From: an uncultured Candidatus Saccharibacteria bacterium
GTDB taxonomy: Bacteria > Patescibacteriota > Minisyncoccia > Phycocordibacterales > JACOZG01
NCBI GenBank assembly: GCA_964360815.1
Contig: CAYHYA010000005.1
Coordinates: forward strand, 1-44,162
Reading direction: 5' to 3'
DNA length: 44,162 bases
A program made the position numbers and the translations under genes. The notes under the pieces are model-generated. The model saw nothing but the letters and a program-made list of their open reading frames with translations. It had not been told where the DNA came from and ran no database searches. Of this stretch, positions 1-9,204 are shown piece by piece. Each line of letters opens with the position of its first letter. The stretch's first letter is position 1.

Positions 1-232
1 TGATTGACTGGCCGAGGTTGAAGGTTGCGTTATTGGCGGGGGAAGTGATGGTGGCACCAAGCGAGACAACTGATTCAGTTTCTCTTGTTTCCACCGACCC
101 CGACTCGCTAGTATTTATCGTGACAGGATCAGCTGATTCGGTTAAAACTTCTTGAGCCAACGCCTGATTCAGTAAAATCGCGCCACCCAACAAAAACAAG
201 AGAACTATGGCCAAAAAGTAACTGTTTTTCAT
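1..232 (-). CDS. secreted protein, N-terminal fragment (gene runs off the window start)
   Basis: ATG at 230-232 on the minus strand. Translation is MKNSYFLAIVLLFLLGGAILLNQALAQEVLTESADPVTINTSESGSVETRETE..., a signal-peptide-like hydrophobic N-terminus followed by a Ser/Thr/Glu-rich region. The frame is open to position 1. It is absent from the ORF track, presumably because no stop lies in the window. Confidence 0.55.
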   Translation of the reverse strand, partial: MKNSYFLAIVLLFLLGGAILLNQALAQEVLTESADPVTINTSESGSVETRETESVVSLGATITSPANNATFNLGQSI

Positions 233-264
233 ATCTCCACACCTACCACAACTAATTAAAATTT

Positions 265-308
265 GCAAGAAAAAGCCCCGACCAAACCAATAAGGTTCGA
301 TCGGGGCT
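265..308 (-). terminator. Rho-independent terminator downstream of 328..846
   Basis: The minus-strand RNA reads AGCCCCGAUCGAACCUUAUUGGUUUGGUCGGGGCU followed by UUUUCUU. The outer stem is 8 bp (274-281 / 301-308) with further inner pairing and a U-run. Confidence 0.6.
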
Positions 309-327
309 CGCTACGGCCAGTGGCTTC

Positions 328-846
328 TTACTCAACCTTGACCGGGAACCAAATTCCCAATCTTTCCCCGTTTTCAGCTGTGACCTCACAAGACAGAATA
401 CCGTCACCGGGTAAAGATACAACCTTAGCCAGAAATGGTTCCTGAAACTTGAAATTGAAAACCGGTCCACCATTTTGGTCTGTGAATTCTCCGTCGGGCC
501 ATTGGCAGTATAGGTTAATTGTTCCTTCTACACCATCAACCAATACCACCATTTTGACGTCTTGACCCACCTCAAAAGTACCATCTTTGGGCGGAAAGGC
601 CGGATAAATAGTGGCAGTAAGAATTGACCCGTTAGTAACTCCGACCCAATTCATTATCTCGATTTCACCGACGGTTAAGTGATCAAAAATTGCCTCTCCG
701 TGGACAACGATCCCGTCATGAAATTCTGTCGGATAACCAATATCAATATCACCATCCAATGAGATGTCGGGTGACGTTCCGCCCCAGCAACCAGCTGAAA
801 CTAACAATGGCCAGGGTAAAAGCCACAACAAAAACAATCGAATCAT
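328..846 (-). CDS. small secreted / lipoprotein-like protein, function unknown
   Basis: 172-aa ORF. The N-terminus MIRLFLLWLLPWPLLVSAGCWGG is a signal peptide with an imperfect lipobox-like SAGC. A GGAG Shine-Dalgarno lies about 8 nt upstream (gtaggagatgactgATG). A terminator follows the gene. Confidence 0.6.
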   Translation of the reverse strand: MIRLFLLWLLPWPLLVSAGCWGGTSPDISLDGDIDIGYPTEFHDGIVVHGEAIFDHLTVGEIEIMNWVGVTNGSILTATIYPAFPPKDGTFEVGQDVKMVVLVDGVEGTINLYCQWPDGEFTDQNGGPVFNFKFQEPFLAKVVSLPGDGILSCEVTAENGERLGIWFPVKVE

Positions 847-939
847 CAGTCATCTCCTACTACGTTTTACTATGTCAATCACCTGCCACACGACAGGTTT
901 CTTATCTGTTTATAGTCCTACCTGATCAGGTCAGAAAAG

Positions 940-1971
940 TCAACCATCGTTTTCACCATCATCAGGGCGTTTTTTTTCAAAAATTTTAGACAAAAACAAA
1001 ATGAGAATTAAAAATAGACAAAAGATCGCCCACCACCAGGGGTGATTCTTGATGAAATCAAGCAAACCAAGAGCGGCTAGTTGGAAAAAATTACCAGATC
1101 GTTCGAGGCCAACTTCTGGCAGAGTGCTAGTGGCCGTGGTTGTGGCCACAGGTGGCAAAACGACTTCGCGGGTTCGAATTCGCAAATCAAGGTCGTTAGC
1201 GGGATCACGATTGCAGTGCAGATTATTGATGGCGAGAGTGGTGGTGATATATACGTAACCCGTCGGATAGTTTATCCCCCACGGCTTAAGAATGGCGTCC
1301 TGATAGCGGGTTTGGAAAACCATCACCGCCCGGAAGGTAACAGCGTCATAGAAACCGGTTACCAAGAGATCGCGGAAGCCCTCTTCGTCGCGAAGAAAGG
1401 TTTGCAATTTTCTGACCTCGTTCGGATCATTGGCCGCCCCAAACTTAATAAACTTTAACAAGTATAGACCGCAGGTTTGAGGTGAAGCAACTGAAGTGGC
1501 GTTAGGGGTGACGCTCGTCGGCGGCCGACGACGTCCCCCGCCACCACCACCGCCACCATTACCACCGCTGTTATTATCTCCGTCGCCGCCGCCACCACCG
1601 CCGCCGGACGGCTGATTGCTTGTTTGAAACGATCCTTCGTCAGAAACAACCAGTTGACCAGTCGGAACAGCGGCTCCAGGCGTCGTTCGAAACGAAACCT
1701 CGTCACCAACCACCAAATTTGGGGATGGTGACGTCCCCGGAATGGTCGTGGTAACAAAACTACCCTCTCCCCCTTTGGTCAAATCCTCACTTGGCGTACT
1801 GCTCGGAGGTAAACCATTTTGCGTCGGACCCGAAAATTCTCCGCTGATCACCAATCCATTGTCGGACAAAATCTGTGTTTCGGTAGCGTAAAGCAAATCA
1901 ATTCGGCCAGCAAAAAGACACCCTAAAATTAGGGCTAATTGCCAGATAGAATAATTGCGACTTTTTATCAT
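940..1971 (-). CDS. secreted Gly-rich protein with peptidoglycan-binding-like (PG_binding_1-type) domain and C-terminal TM anchor
   Basis: 343-aa ORF with an N-terminal signal sequence (WQLALILGCLFAG) and a poly-Gly tract. The segment VRKLQTFLRDEEGFRDLLVTGFYDAVTFRAVMVFQ resembles the PG_binding_1 pattern. The C-terminus has a hydrophobic helix HPWWWAIFCLFLILILFLS followed by a charged tail. Confidence 0.55.
   Translation of the reverse strand: MIKSRNYSIWQLALILGCLFAGRIDLLYATETQILSDNGLVISGEFSGPTQNGLPPSSTPSEDLTKGGEGSFVTTTIPGTSPSPNLVVGDEVSFRTTPGAAVPTGQLVVSDEGSFQTSNQPSGGGGGGGDGDNNSGGNGGGGGGGGRRRPPTSVTPNATSVASPQTCGLYLLKFIKFGAANDPNEVRKLQTFLRDEEGFRDLLVTGFYDAVTFRAVMVFQTRYQDAILKPWGINYPTGYVYITTTLAINNLHCNRDPANDLDLRIRTREVVLPPVATTTATSTLPEVGLERSGNFFQLAALGLLDFIKNHPWWWAIFCLFLILILFLSKIFEKKRPDDGENDG
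1534..1605 (-). repeat. Gly-codon (GGN) low-complexity tract inside 940..1971
   Basis: Encodes GGGGGGGDGDNNSGGNGGGGGGGG (aa 123-146). The plus strand shows runs of ccaccaccgccgcc. Confidence 0.85.
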
Positions 1972-2105
1972 TGATTTGTTCTAAACGCCAAACAGAAACT
2001 AAAATTGCCAGCAAATTAAAGAACAAATCAAAACAAAGAACAAGGTTATGTCTAATTTAACAACTAGCAAAATAGCCACTTAAAAGCAACCCTTGGCGAT
2101 GGTTT

Positions 2106-2132
2106 CTTAAAAAGACAAGAATTTTTGTCTTT
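2106..2132 (-). terminator. candidate Rho-independent terminator after 2165..4450
   Basis: 8-bp stem aaagacaa (2111-2118) / ttgtcttt (2125-2132) with a 6-nt loop. On the minus-strand RNA the stem runs into UUUUU. It lies about 30 nt downstream of the stop codon. Confidence 0.5.
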
Positions 2133-2164
2133 TATATGTCCTATAGAAATTGTTACCCTGTCTA

Positions 2165-4450
2165 TTAGATTGGTTTTCTGCCCTGGCGAAGATTGGTCAA
2201 AATCTCTTGCAGGTCGAGACGATCGGGATTAAGCCGACTGACTAATTCAAGCTGTTCAATGGCTAAACTGGTTTGCCCGAGTTCACCATAGCTTAAACCA
2301 AGAAAATAACGCGCGTTGGCATAATCAGGATTTAAAATCAGGGTTTTAGTCAAGGCCGCGATTGCTCCTTCTAAATCATGGTTTCTGTATCGCAAATAAC
2401 CCAGAGTAAACCAGTCTGAAAAGTTGTCTGGTTTTAAGATGCTGATTGTTTCGGCCAAAACTACGGCCGCTTGAAAATTTTCCGCCTCAATTTCTAGTTG
2501 GGTCAAAAGATTTAGGGCCGGTAAATAATCTTCTTTCTTTTGGAGAGCTTGTTTCAGGTATTTTCGGGTCTGGACGTTATCTTGGCCAACTATCGCCAGA
2601 CGAGCTAACTGATAGGTAATGGCCGGCGATTGCGGATTTAGTTTTTCGGCTTCGGTATAAGCCGCGAGGGCACGTTCACGGGCACCAGTGGTGCCGAGGG
2701 TGGCCAAATGTTCGTAAACCTGACCAAGGACAAATTGGTTAAGATAATTCTCCGGTCGACGCCGAACAGCCGCTTCGGCAGAACCAATCGCTCGATTAAT
2801 AATGGTTTGCGCCGCGCGTCGTCGGTCGTCCGCGGTTAGCCCCTGGTTTTCTGTTTTTTCGTTCAAGAGGTTGTCGAGCTGGCGAATGGCTATCTCGGTC
2901 GCTTGACGATAATATAAGTCCTTCTCGTCAAAACGAATCGCCGCGTTAATCTTGTTTTCCGCCAAAGATAGGTCGCTTGGCGTTTGGTTTAAGGCGTTTA
3001 AACTCGACAAGAAATTTTGCCGCGCCACAAACTGTTGGACGTTTAAATAGCTGATAACCAAAACACCGAGCAGAAGAACCAGCGTTAAAAATAAGAAGAG
3101 TAGGTGGGCGGTAGAGCCGCGATTAAACCGCTTCTCTAGACGGATTTCCGGAGTAGTTGACGTGCTGATCGCCAGATAAATTCCGCTAATCACGAAGGTT
3201 AAAGTAAACAGGGCGAGACCCAAAACATCAATCATTGCAAAAAGCCACAAATAAAGCGTGGCCAGAAGAGAAATTACCACCAATGGTGCTTGGCCTTTTT
3301 TAGTACCGAGACGACGAACGGTTTGCCCGGCTTGCCAAAATAGACCAGCATAAAAAACGAGCCAGGCCAAGACGCCAAATAAGCCCGTGGTGATCGCGAG
3401 CGTTGGGACTAAACCGAAACCGGCCTTCGGTTCAAGTGACCACCATTCACCCCGATTGGCCTCGTTTGTCTTAACCTTCAACCATTCAGACGAAAATTGA
3501 TTTGAACCAACCCCAAACCAACCAGCTCTTGACCAAATCGAGCGAGCGACCAATTCAACTCCGGACCAGGATGGTTGCGGCTCGACGACAACGGGCAAGC
3601 CAATTATTTGGTCGAGACGAACCAGTGGTTTGGTCAGTAGATTTTGGCCGTTTTGGCCAAGAGGTAAAAATAGGATGGCTAAAAATATCACTGGTGTTGA
3701 CCAACGTTTGATCACTAAACCAGAGCGAGAGTGGTTGCTGATCGCCGTGTAAACTAGAAGCAAGAAGGCGAAACCGCCAACCGCCAACCAAACTCGCGTT
3801 GACTGGAAAACCAGCAATCCGATCAGGGCGAGTGATAAGTTGATGATCAGGAATGTTTTCCAGCGCCGCGACAAATTCTCCGATAACAAATCTAAAAAGC
3901 CGGTGGCCAACAAAACAATCAGACCAAAGAAAATTGGCAGATCCTGCCATCGGCCGATTAAGTTTACCAAACGATTCGGCCAAAGAGACCAGAACGAAGA
4001 CTGACTAAAAATCAGCGCAATCGTTTGAAAGGTGAAAATAAAAAGAAAAGAACTAAAGATCAGCAAATAAAAAAATGCGGGACGATCTCTTTTCTGAAAG
4101 AAATCGGCGGCTAAGAAGAAAAAGATAAATAGGGCCGATAAAGAAATAATGGTTGTGACTTCTCCGCCGTCACCAAAGAAAGAGTAGTGTGGTGAGGCCG
4201 AAAACAGCCCCGAGAAAACTGCGGCGAGTATGTCCAGAAATATTCCGATTGCGCGCGGACTTTTTGACGAGCTTAACCCTTTGGTGGCGAGGCAGTGAAT
4301 CAACCAGAAAATAGCGGCCAACCCGGCAATCGCCACCAAAAGATATTGTTTGTTCGCTTCGAGCGATGAGTTTGGGTTGGGCCAAACGAAAATTAATGCC
4401 AAAACAGGTGCAACAAAAACGGCATAAAAAGAGAGTTGAGGGTTACTCAT
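2165..4450 (-). CDS. polytopic membrane protein, O-antigen ligase-like (Wzy_C-type) with C-terminal TPR repeat domain
   Basis: 761-aa ORF. The first roughly 460 aa are a series of hydrophobic helices with an S-T-R...hydrophobic segment (VFQSTRVWLAVGGFAFLLLV) typical of the O-antigen ligase/Wzy_C core. The C-terminal roughly 250 aa have TPR-like periodicity (AYTEAEKLNPQSP..., LILNPDYANARYFLGLSY...). The start overlaps the upstream gene stop by 8 nt. Confidence 0.7.
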   Translation of the reverse strand: MSNPQLSFYAVFVAPVLALIFVWPNPNSSLEANKQYLLVAIAGLAAIFWLIHCLATKGLSSSKSPRAIGIFLDILAAVFSGLFSASPHYSFFGDGGEVTTIISLSALFIFFFLAADFFQKRDRPAFFYLLIFSSFLFIFTFQTIALIFSQSSFWSLWPNRLVNLIGRWQDLPIFFGLIVLLATGFLDLLSENLSRRWKTFLIINLSLALIGLLVFQSTRVWLAVGGFAFLLLVYTAISNHSRSGLVIKRWSTPVIFLAILFLPLGQNGQNLLTKPLVRLDQIIGLPVVVEPQPSWSGVELVARSIWSRAGWFGVGSNQFSSEWLKVKTNEANRGEWWSLEPKAGFGLVPTLAITTGLFGVLAWLVFYAGLFWQAGQTVRRLGTKKGQAPLVVISLLATLYLWLFAMIDVLGLALFTLTFVISGIYLAISTSTTPEIRLEKRFNRGSTAHLLFLFLTLVLLLGVLVISYLNVQQFVARQNFLSSLNALNQTPSDLSLAENKINAAIRFDEKDLYYRQATEIAIRQLDNLLNEKTENQGLTADDRRRAAQTIINRAIGSAEAAVRRRPENYLNQFVLGQVYEHLATLGTTGARERALAAYTEAEKLNPQSPAITYQLARLAIVGQDNVQTRKYLKQALQKKEDYLPALNLLTQLEIEAENFQAAVVLAETISILKPDNFSDWFTLGYLRYRNHDLEGAIAALTKTLILNPDYANARYFLGLSYGELGQTSLAIEQLELVSRLNPDRLDLQEILTNLRQGRKPI

Positions 4451-6686
4451 TTGTCACCTCGAAACTAAGCGGGTTACTGAAAGCACCGTTCGCGAAGACT
4501 CTCACTTGATAAATTCCCACAGGTGTTGGAACCAAACAACCGCAGGCGTAATCTAGAACCATTTCCGGAACTAAGAAAACCATGGTTGTGCTATCGGCCG
4601 AAGACAAGTTCAGATTGGTAAAACCAAGATCATTTCCGAAATCAAGCGTGTTATAAAGCGGTGTTTGCGAGAAATTTAATCCACGTAAAACCGTTTCACT
4701 GCCGACCGGAGCAGCTTCGGGAGTAATCGAAGAAATTGTCGGGGGCGGAACCAGAGTGAGAACGAGTTCTTGGTTGGCCGCGATTCCACTGTTGAGATTG
4801 ACCAGATTTATTTCCAATTCATACGCTCCCGGTAAAACATCAACCGGTAAAGCGAAAGCGGTTGAGAAAAAAGCCGATTCACCGGGATTGATAGTGGTAA
4901 CATTTTCTGTTGAGGACGACTCGGGCCAGCCCACTGGCAAGTTCAATGAAAACTGAAACTCCGAAGATTCACAGCCGGCCGAATCCTGATTGGTCACTCG
5001 GAAATAAAGGTAGCCATTGCCGGCGCTTGTTGCTAGTGTGTCCGAAAAAAATAAGTTATCAATCGTCGGTAAATTTCTAGTACAAACTGGCGTTCTTAAT
5101 TGCACATCGAAAACCATCGCCGTGCCGGTGGCGGCGACAGAAGTAATCGAGACGCCACGTTCCGTGTCATTGAAAGACGCTCCCTTGGCCACGTTTAAGG
5201 TGACCTGTTCGGAATCGTTAAACCACGAGGCCGTGGTTGGCCGAGAATCAAGCAAACGAGAAAAAGTGTTTTGGCCGCCAGAACCAAAAACATTGTAAAT
5301 AAACAAACCCTGTTGATTAGAAGCAAGTGCGGGGTAATCAAGAAAAGAATCAAAACCAACGGCTTTACGGTACTCGAGATAAAACGGCGCCACACTATCA
5401 TTATTGATCAATTTAATCTTGGCGAAACGAGGCAGGTCGATGACACTTCCCTCTTCAAGCGGTTGAACTTTATACCGCCCTGATTCGGAAATTGATAAAA
5501 CTTCTTGATCGGGAATCCACCCCAAGTATTCTTTGGCAAAAACATTGAAGTGACTGGCTCGAAAACCGTAGCCCATGGTGTCGAAATAGTTTCCGTACTC
5601 GATGTTCTGGCAATTACCACCAAGGGATTGGTGGCCACAATCCCAACCGTTGGCATGTTGCAGGCCGAGACTGTGTCCTAACTCGTGAGCCAAGAGATAA
5701 TCCAGCCAAGTCCAAGAAAAATTCTGATTGAAAGGATTTCGGGGGTTCGACCAGATTGACGACCCGCCAATGTAAGCCAGAGACAAATAATGATCTTGGC
5801 CGTTAATCGTTATGCTGGTTTGACCAATGGTTGATTGGGCATAGTTGAAACAGGGGTGGTTCACCAAAACAACTAGTCGCTGATATAATTCGGGACGAAA
5901 ATTATTCGCAACAAACTGATCGAGTTCGCCGTTTTGGCCAAGTGTCGGCCAAGAACAGGGTTGATCTTGGCCGGTGTTAGCCGGGCGTTTAACGGTATAC
6001 CAACCATAAACTTCGCCGGAAAAAGATGTTTGATCGTAAGATTGTTCGCGATAAAAATTTTGCAACTGACCATTAAAAATTATTTCGTGTGCGCGTTCTT
6101 TAGTAAACGGCGCGCGCGGCGAATCGGAAAAATTCACCAACAAGACCGCTGTTTTCTGGTCGCCAAGCGAATTTAATTGCGGAAGCTGGTCTACATGAAA
6201 ATTACTCTCGGAAGTATCGGCGACGATCAAATTATCCAAGACCTGTGCCCGATCAAGGTTAACCACGGTCCCGGAAACTAAATTTAATTTATCGGTTGGA
6301 TAGAAATCAAACTTTTGACCGGTGGCGGTTTTGAGAGCATATCTGGTGTTAGTTTCGCTCGAATTCTCAAAATTGTCGTTGATTGTGACCTCCAAAACTC
6401 CGGCCAGGCCCAACTGCCAATCTTCTGTTCGAGCGACCGACAAAAATAACCTTGGATCAAGTTCGATTAGTTTTTTAGCGGCAGATTTTTCTCTTTCTCG
6501 ATTAGTTCCAGCGGCTAAAAAATAATCTTTGATCAATTCTATTTTTTGTGGTTCGGTAGCTTGAAGAACTGGGCGGGACGTTATCACTGCCGCCGTCGAA
6601 AAGTTTTTAGATAAACTAAAAAAAGTTGCAATTAACCAGGACAGTCCGATTACAACAAAAAGAAGGTTTCTTGCCTCGCGATCCAT
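4443..6686 (-). CDS. secreted metzincin-type zinc metalloprotease (gametolysin/M11-like) with CARDB-like and IPT/TIG-like C-terminal domains
   Basis: 747-aa ORF with an N-terminal anchor/signal helix. The zinc motif HELGHSLGLQH is at nt 5655-5687 and a Met-turn candidate FDTMGYG lies downstream. Conserved Cys pairs are present. The C-terminus PPTISSITPEAAPVGSETVLRGLNFS...YQVRVFANGAFSNPLSFEV resembles an IPT/TIG fold. Confidence 0.7.
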   Translation of the reverse strand: MDREARNLLFVVIGLSWLIATFFSLSKNFSTAAVITSRPVLQATEPQKIELIKDYFLAAGTNREREKSAAKKLIELDPRLFLSVARTEDWQLGLAGVLEVTINDNFENSSETNTRYALKTATGQKFDFYPTDKLNLVSGTVVNLDRAQVLDNLIVADTSESNFHVDQLPQLNSLGDQKTAVLLVNFSDSPRAPFTKERAHEIIFNGQLQNFYREQSYDQTSFSGEVYGWYTVKRPANTGQDQPCSWPTLGQNGELDQFVANNFRPELYQRLVVLVNHPCFNYAQSTIGQTSITINGQDHYLSLAYIGGSSIWSNPRNPFNQNFSWTWLDYLLAHELGHSLGLQHANGWDCGHQSLGGNCQNIEYGNYFDTMGYGFRASHFNVFAKEYLGWIPDQEVLSISESGRYKVQPLEEGSVIDLPRFAKIKLINNDSVAPFYLEYRKAVGFDSFLDYPALASNQQGLFIYNVFGSGGQNTFSRLLDSRPTTASWFNDSEQVTLNVAKGASFNDTERGVSITSVAATGTAMVFDVQLRTPVCTRNLPTIDNLFFSDTLATSAGNGYLYFRVTNQDSAGCESSEFQFSLNLPVGWPESSSTENVTTINPGESAFFSTAFALPVDVLPGAYELEINLVNLNSGIAANQELVLTLVPPPTISSITPEAAPVGSETVLRGLNFSQTPLYNTLDFGNDLGFTNLNLSSADSTTMVFLVPEMVLDYACGCLVPTPVGIYQVRVFANGAFSNPLSFEVTNE

Positions 6687-6689
6687 GGT

Positions 6690-9194
6690 TTATCTCTTTG
6701 AGTTTTTTAAAGTAGTTGAACTCGCGTCCTCAAGATTTCTATTGATTAGAATTTGCTCGGGACCAGGGGTCAAAACTGGAATCGGGATTGGGGTTGAAGG
6801 CGCAACCGAAGTTCGCGGTTGCGGAGTAATCGAGAAATCAACGCTATTGCTACTCGCTCCGCCCGATGAAATCGGCAAGACCTGCACCCGATAAACTCCT
6901 GATGGTGTCGGCACTTCGCAACCGCAAGCGGTGTTGTAAATCATTGACGGAACAGTAAAAGTAATCGTCTGGCCAGCGTTGGTGGACGGAAGAAATTCTT
7001 GATGATAGATGCTTGGCGATTCAAGCGTGACACGATTCAGCGCACCGAAACCAGAGCCGTTAATCTTTACATTGGCTCCAGTTGGCCCCGCGGCGGGGCT
7101 TAATTGATTGATTGTTGGTTCTTCAAAAACTTCGATCTTCAGGTTTATTTTCGTCACCAACTGACTCGCCTGATTAACCACCGAAACATCAATTTCATAT
7201 CCTCCCGGCGACTGATCGGGCGGGATAGAAAACGTCATATTTTGCATGATCATATCTTCGGGAGCGAGCGTAATAGGCGGCTTAGGATCAAGGTGGTACC
7301 CCCAACCGTGTGGTAAGGTCGGGGTAACCGTGAAGTCGGACGAACCACAGGCAAAGGCATCTCGATTTCTAATCCAGAATGACAGGGCTCCCTGATTTCC
7401 AATAAACGCGGTGTTTGACCAAAAAGTTTGATCCAAAGATGGCGCCTGTCTCTCGCAAACTGGTCGCGCCAAAGCGACATCGAAAATCATACTCGAAGAA
7501 GTTGTGGCCACAGTCGTAAGAGTTATCCCGTAACCAGAATTGGCAAAGACATTCGGAGGCGAGCTGGGATTCAGGGTGGCTTGCCTCGTGTCGTCGGACC
7601 ACTGTAAGTTCGGATTTGGACTCATGTCGAGCAGATGAGCCATAATGGCGTTAGGAAAATTAACATAGAGATTCGAGCGCGGGACAATATTATTCACAAT
7701 CAAACCCGCTTGATTGGCCGACAATTCAGGACTGTTTAAACGGGAATCGAAACCAACCCCCCGACGATGTTCGACATAAAACGGCGTAGTCGTTGAGTTC
7801 AGAATTTGAATTTTGGCCATTCTTTTTCCGGTAGTTTTTTCCAGATTATTTATTTCGTAACGACCGGAGCGATCAATCTTAATCACGTCTCGTGGTTCTA
7901 ACCACCCCAATCTTTCTTTGTAAAAACCGTTGAAATGCAGGGAGTTGATATACGCGCCCATAACATCGAAAGTGTTGCCGTACTCAACGTTTTGACAATC
8001 GCCGCCAAGAAACGGATCGTTTTCGCAGTTCCAACCATTGCCGTGGAATAATCCGAGACTGTGTCCAACCTCATGACTCAAAAGATAGTCAATATTGGTC
8101 CAGGGAAATGGTTGATTCCCCCACATCGCCGGTTGGTTAAACTGATACATCCGGCCAATTTGCGCCACCGACAAATAGTAATCGTTTCCCCCGAGAGTAA
8201 GCGGGCCCTTACCGATGGTGGAAAAACCGGCCCCCAAACAAATACTGTCAGATAAAATAATCATCCGGTCATACTGCTCTAAATTTTTTACGCTCTCGAG
8301 TAAAAAATTATCCAACTCACCACCATCACCAACCGTTGGCCACGCGCAATTAGTGGAGTTGTTATCCCTTGGCACGGTGTGCCAACCGGAGACATCGCCA
8401 GAAAAGGAAATTTTGTTGTAGGATTGTTCTTTAAAAAAATTTTGAAACTGGCCGCCAAAAACGATGCTCTCGGCCTGTTCGGGGGTAAACGGTGGCGTAC
8501 TGTTGGAATCTAGAAAATTAACTAGAACAACCAGGGTTTTCTGGTCGCCGATGGCTTCAATGGCCGGCGCTGGTTGAGTAACCCTAATCGCCCCAAAGTT
8601 TTGATCGGCCAACAAAAATTGACCGATCTTGTAGCCGGTGACTTCGACCTTCGCCCCCGCGACAAGGGAGGGCGTTGTGAGACCGGTGGGCAAGAACAAT
8701 TCTTTCTCTTTCGGCTGTTTTAAGGTATACACCAATCGTGATTTTTCGGGCTGATCAAAATCATCAAACTGGTAGGCCTTGACCACGCCAGTAACCTGAA
8801 CCCTAGATTCAAACTGGTCTTGAATTTCTGGCGGGAACGATCCGATTACTTCTGGTGACAGTAAAACCGTTGTGGCCGCGAGTGAATTTTTCTCGATCAA
8901 ATCCTTTAAAACTTCTTGGCGTTTAACCCCTAAGTCTTTGAGGCGATCCGCCCAGTAACTCTTTTCTTTGTCCGAAGTCGCCCGCAAATATCGTGAGCTA
9001 ATATCAGAAACATCATTATTTAAATTGGTCGCTCTTGAGTAACTATCTAGTTCTCCCGCAAAAACTACCGGTGCTGGTGATGGTGGTGGCGACGAATCTG
9101 CTTTCCCGACCGAAAGAGTGATGCCGCCGAGCAAAAAAAACAAACCAATAAAAACGAACGGATAAGTGAACTTTATTTCTTTTTGTTTTTCCAT
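6690..9194 (-). CDS. secreted metzincin-type zinc metalloprotease, tandem paralog of 4443..6686
   Basis: 834-aa ORF with a signal/anchor helix (FVFIGLFFLLGGITLSVG). The zinc motif HEVGHSLGLFH is at nt 8043-8075, with the Met-turn FDVMGAY. It is collinear with the neighbour across the catalytic, CARDB-like and IPT/TIG-like regions, at roughly half of positions identical by eye. It adds a Pro-rich C-terminal tail. Confidence 0.7.
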   Translation of the reverse strand: MEKQKEIKFTYPFVFIGLFFLLGGITLSVGKADSSPPPSPAPVVFAGELDSYSRATNLNNDVSDISSRYLRATSDKEKSYWADRLKDLGVKRQEVLKDLIEKNSLAATTVLLSPEVIGSFPPEIQDQFESRVQVTGVVKAYQFDDFDQPEKSRLVYTLKQPKEKELFLPTGLTTPSLVAGAKVEVTGYKIGQFLLADQNFGAIRVTQPAPAIEAIGDQKTLVVLVNFLDSNSTPPFTPEQAESIVFGGQFQNFFKEQSYNKISFSGDVSGWHTVPRDNNSTNCAWPTVGDGGELDNFLLESVKNLEQYDRMIILSDSICLGAGFSTIGKGPLTLGGNDYYLSVAQIGRMYQFNQPAMWGNQPFPWTNIDYLLSHEVGHSLGLFHGNGWNCENDPFLGGDCQNVEYGNTFDVMGAYINSLHFNGFYKERLGWLEPRDVIKIDRSGRYEINNLEKTTGKRMAKIQILNSTTTPFYVEHRRGVGFDSRLNSPELSANQAGLIVNNIVPRSNLYVNFPNAIMAHLLDMSPNPNLQWSDDTRQATLNPSSPPNVFANSGYGITLTTVATTSSSMIFDVALARPVCERQAPSLDQTFWSNTAFIGNQGALSFWIRNRDAFACGSSDFTVTPTLPHGWGYHLDPKPPITLAPEDMIMQNMTFSIPPDQSPGGYEIDVSVVNQASQLVTKINLKIEVFEEPTINQLSPAAGPTGANVKINGSGFGALNRVTLESPSIYHQEFLPSTNAGQTITFTVPSMIYNTACGCEVPTPSGVYRVQVLPISSGGASSNSVDFSITPQPRTSVAPSTPIPIPVLTPGPEQILINRNLEDASSTTLKNSKR

Positions 9195-9204
9195 AAGTCA
9201 GTAA

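Noticed and set aside
291-308. ggttcgatcgggg resembles a tRNA T-arm (GGTTCGAtcc).
   Set aside because: No acceptor, D or anticodon arms can be drawn around it. It is the inner part of the terminator hairpin after 328..846.
919-930. 12-nt perfect palindrome acctgatcaggt between 328..846 and 940..1971.
   Set aside because: It is too short and loop-less to be a terminator and has no repeated partner. It could be a protein-binding site, but there is nothing to support this.
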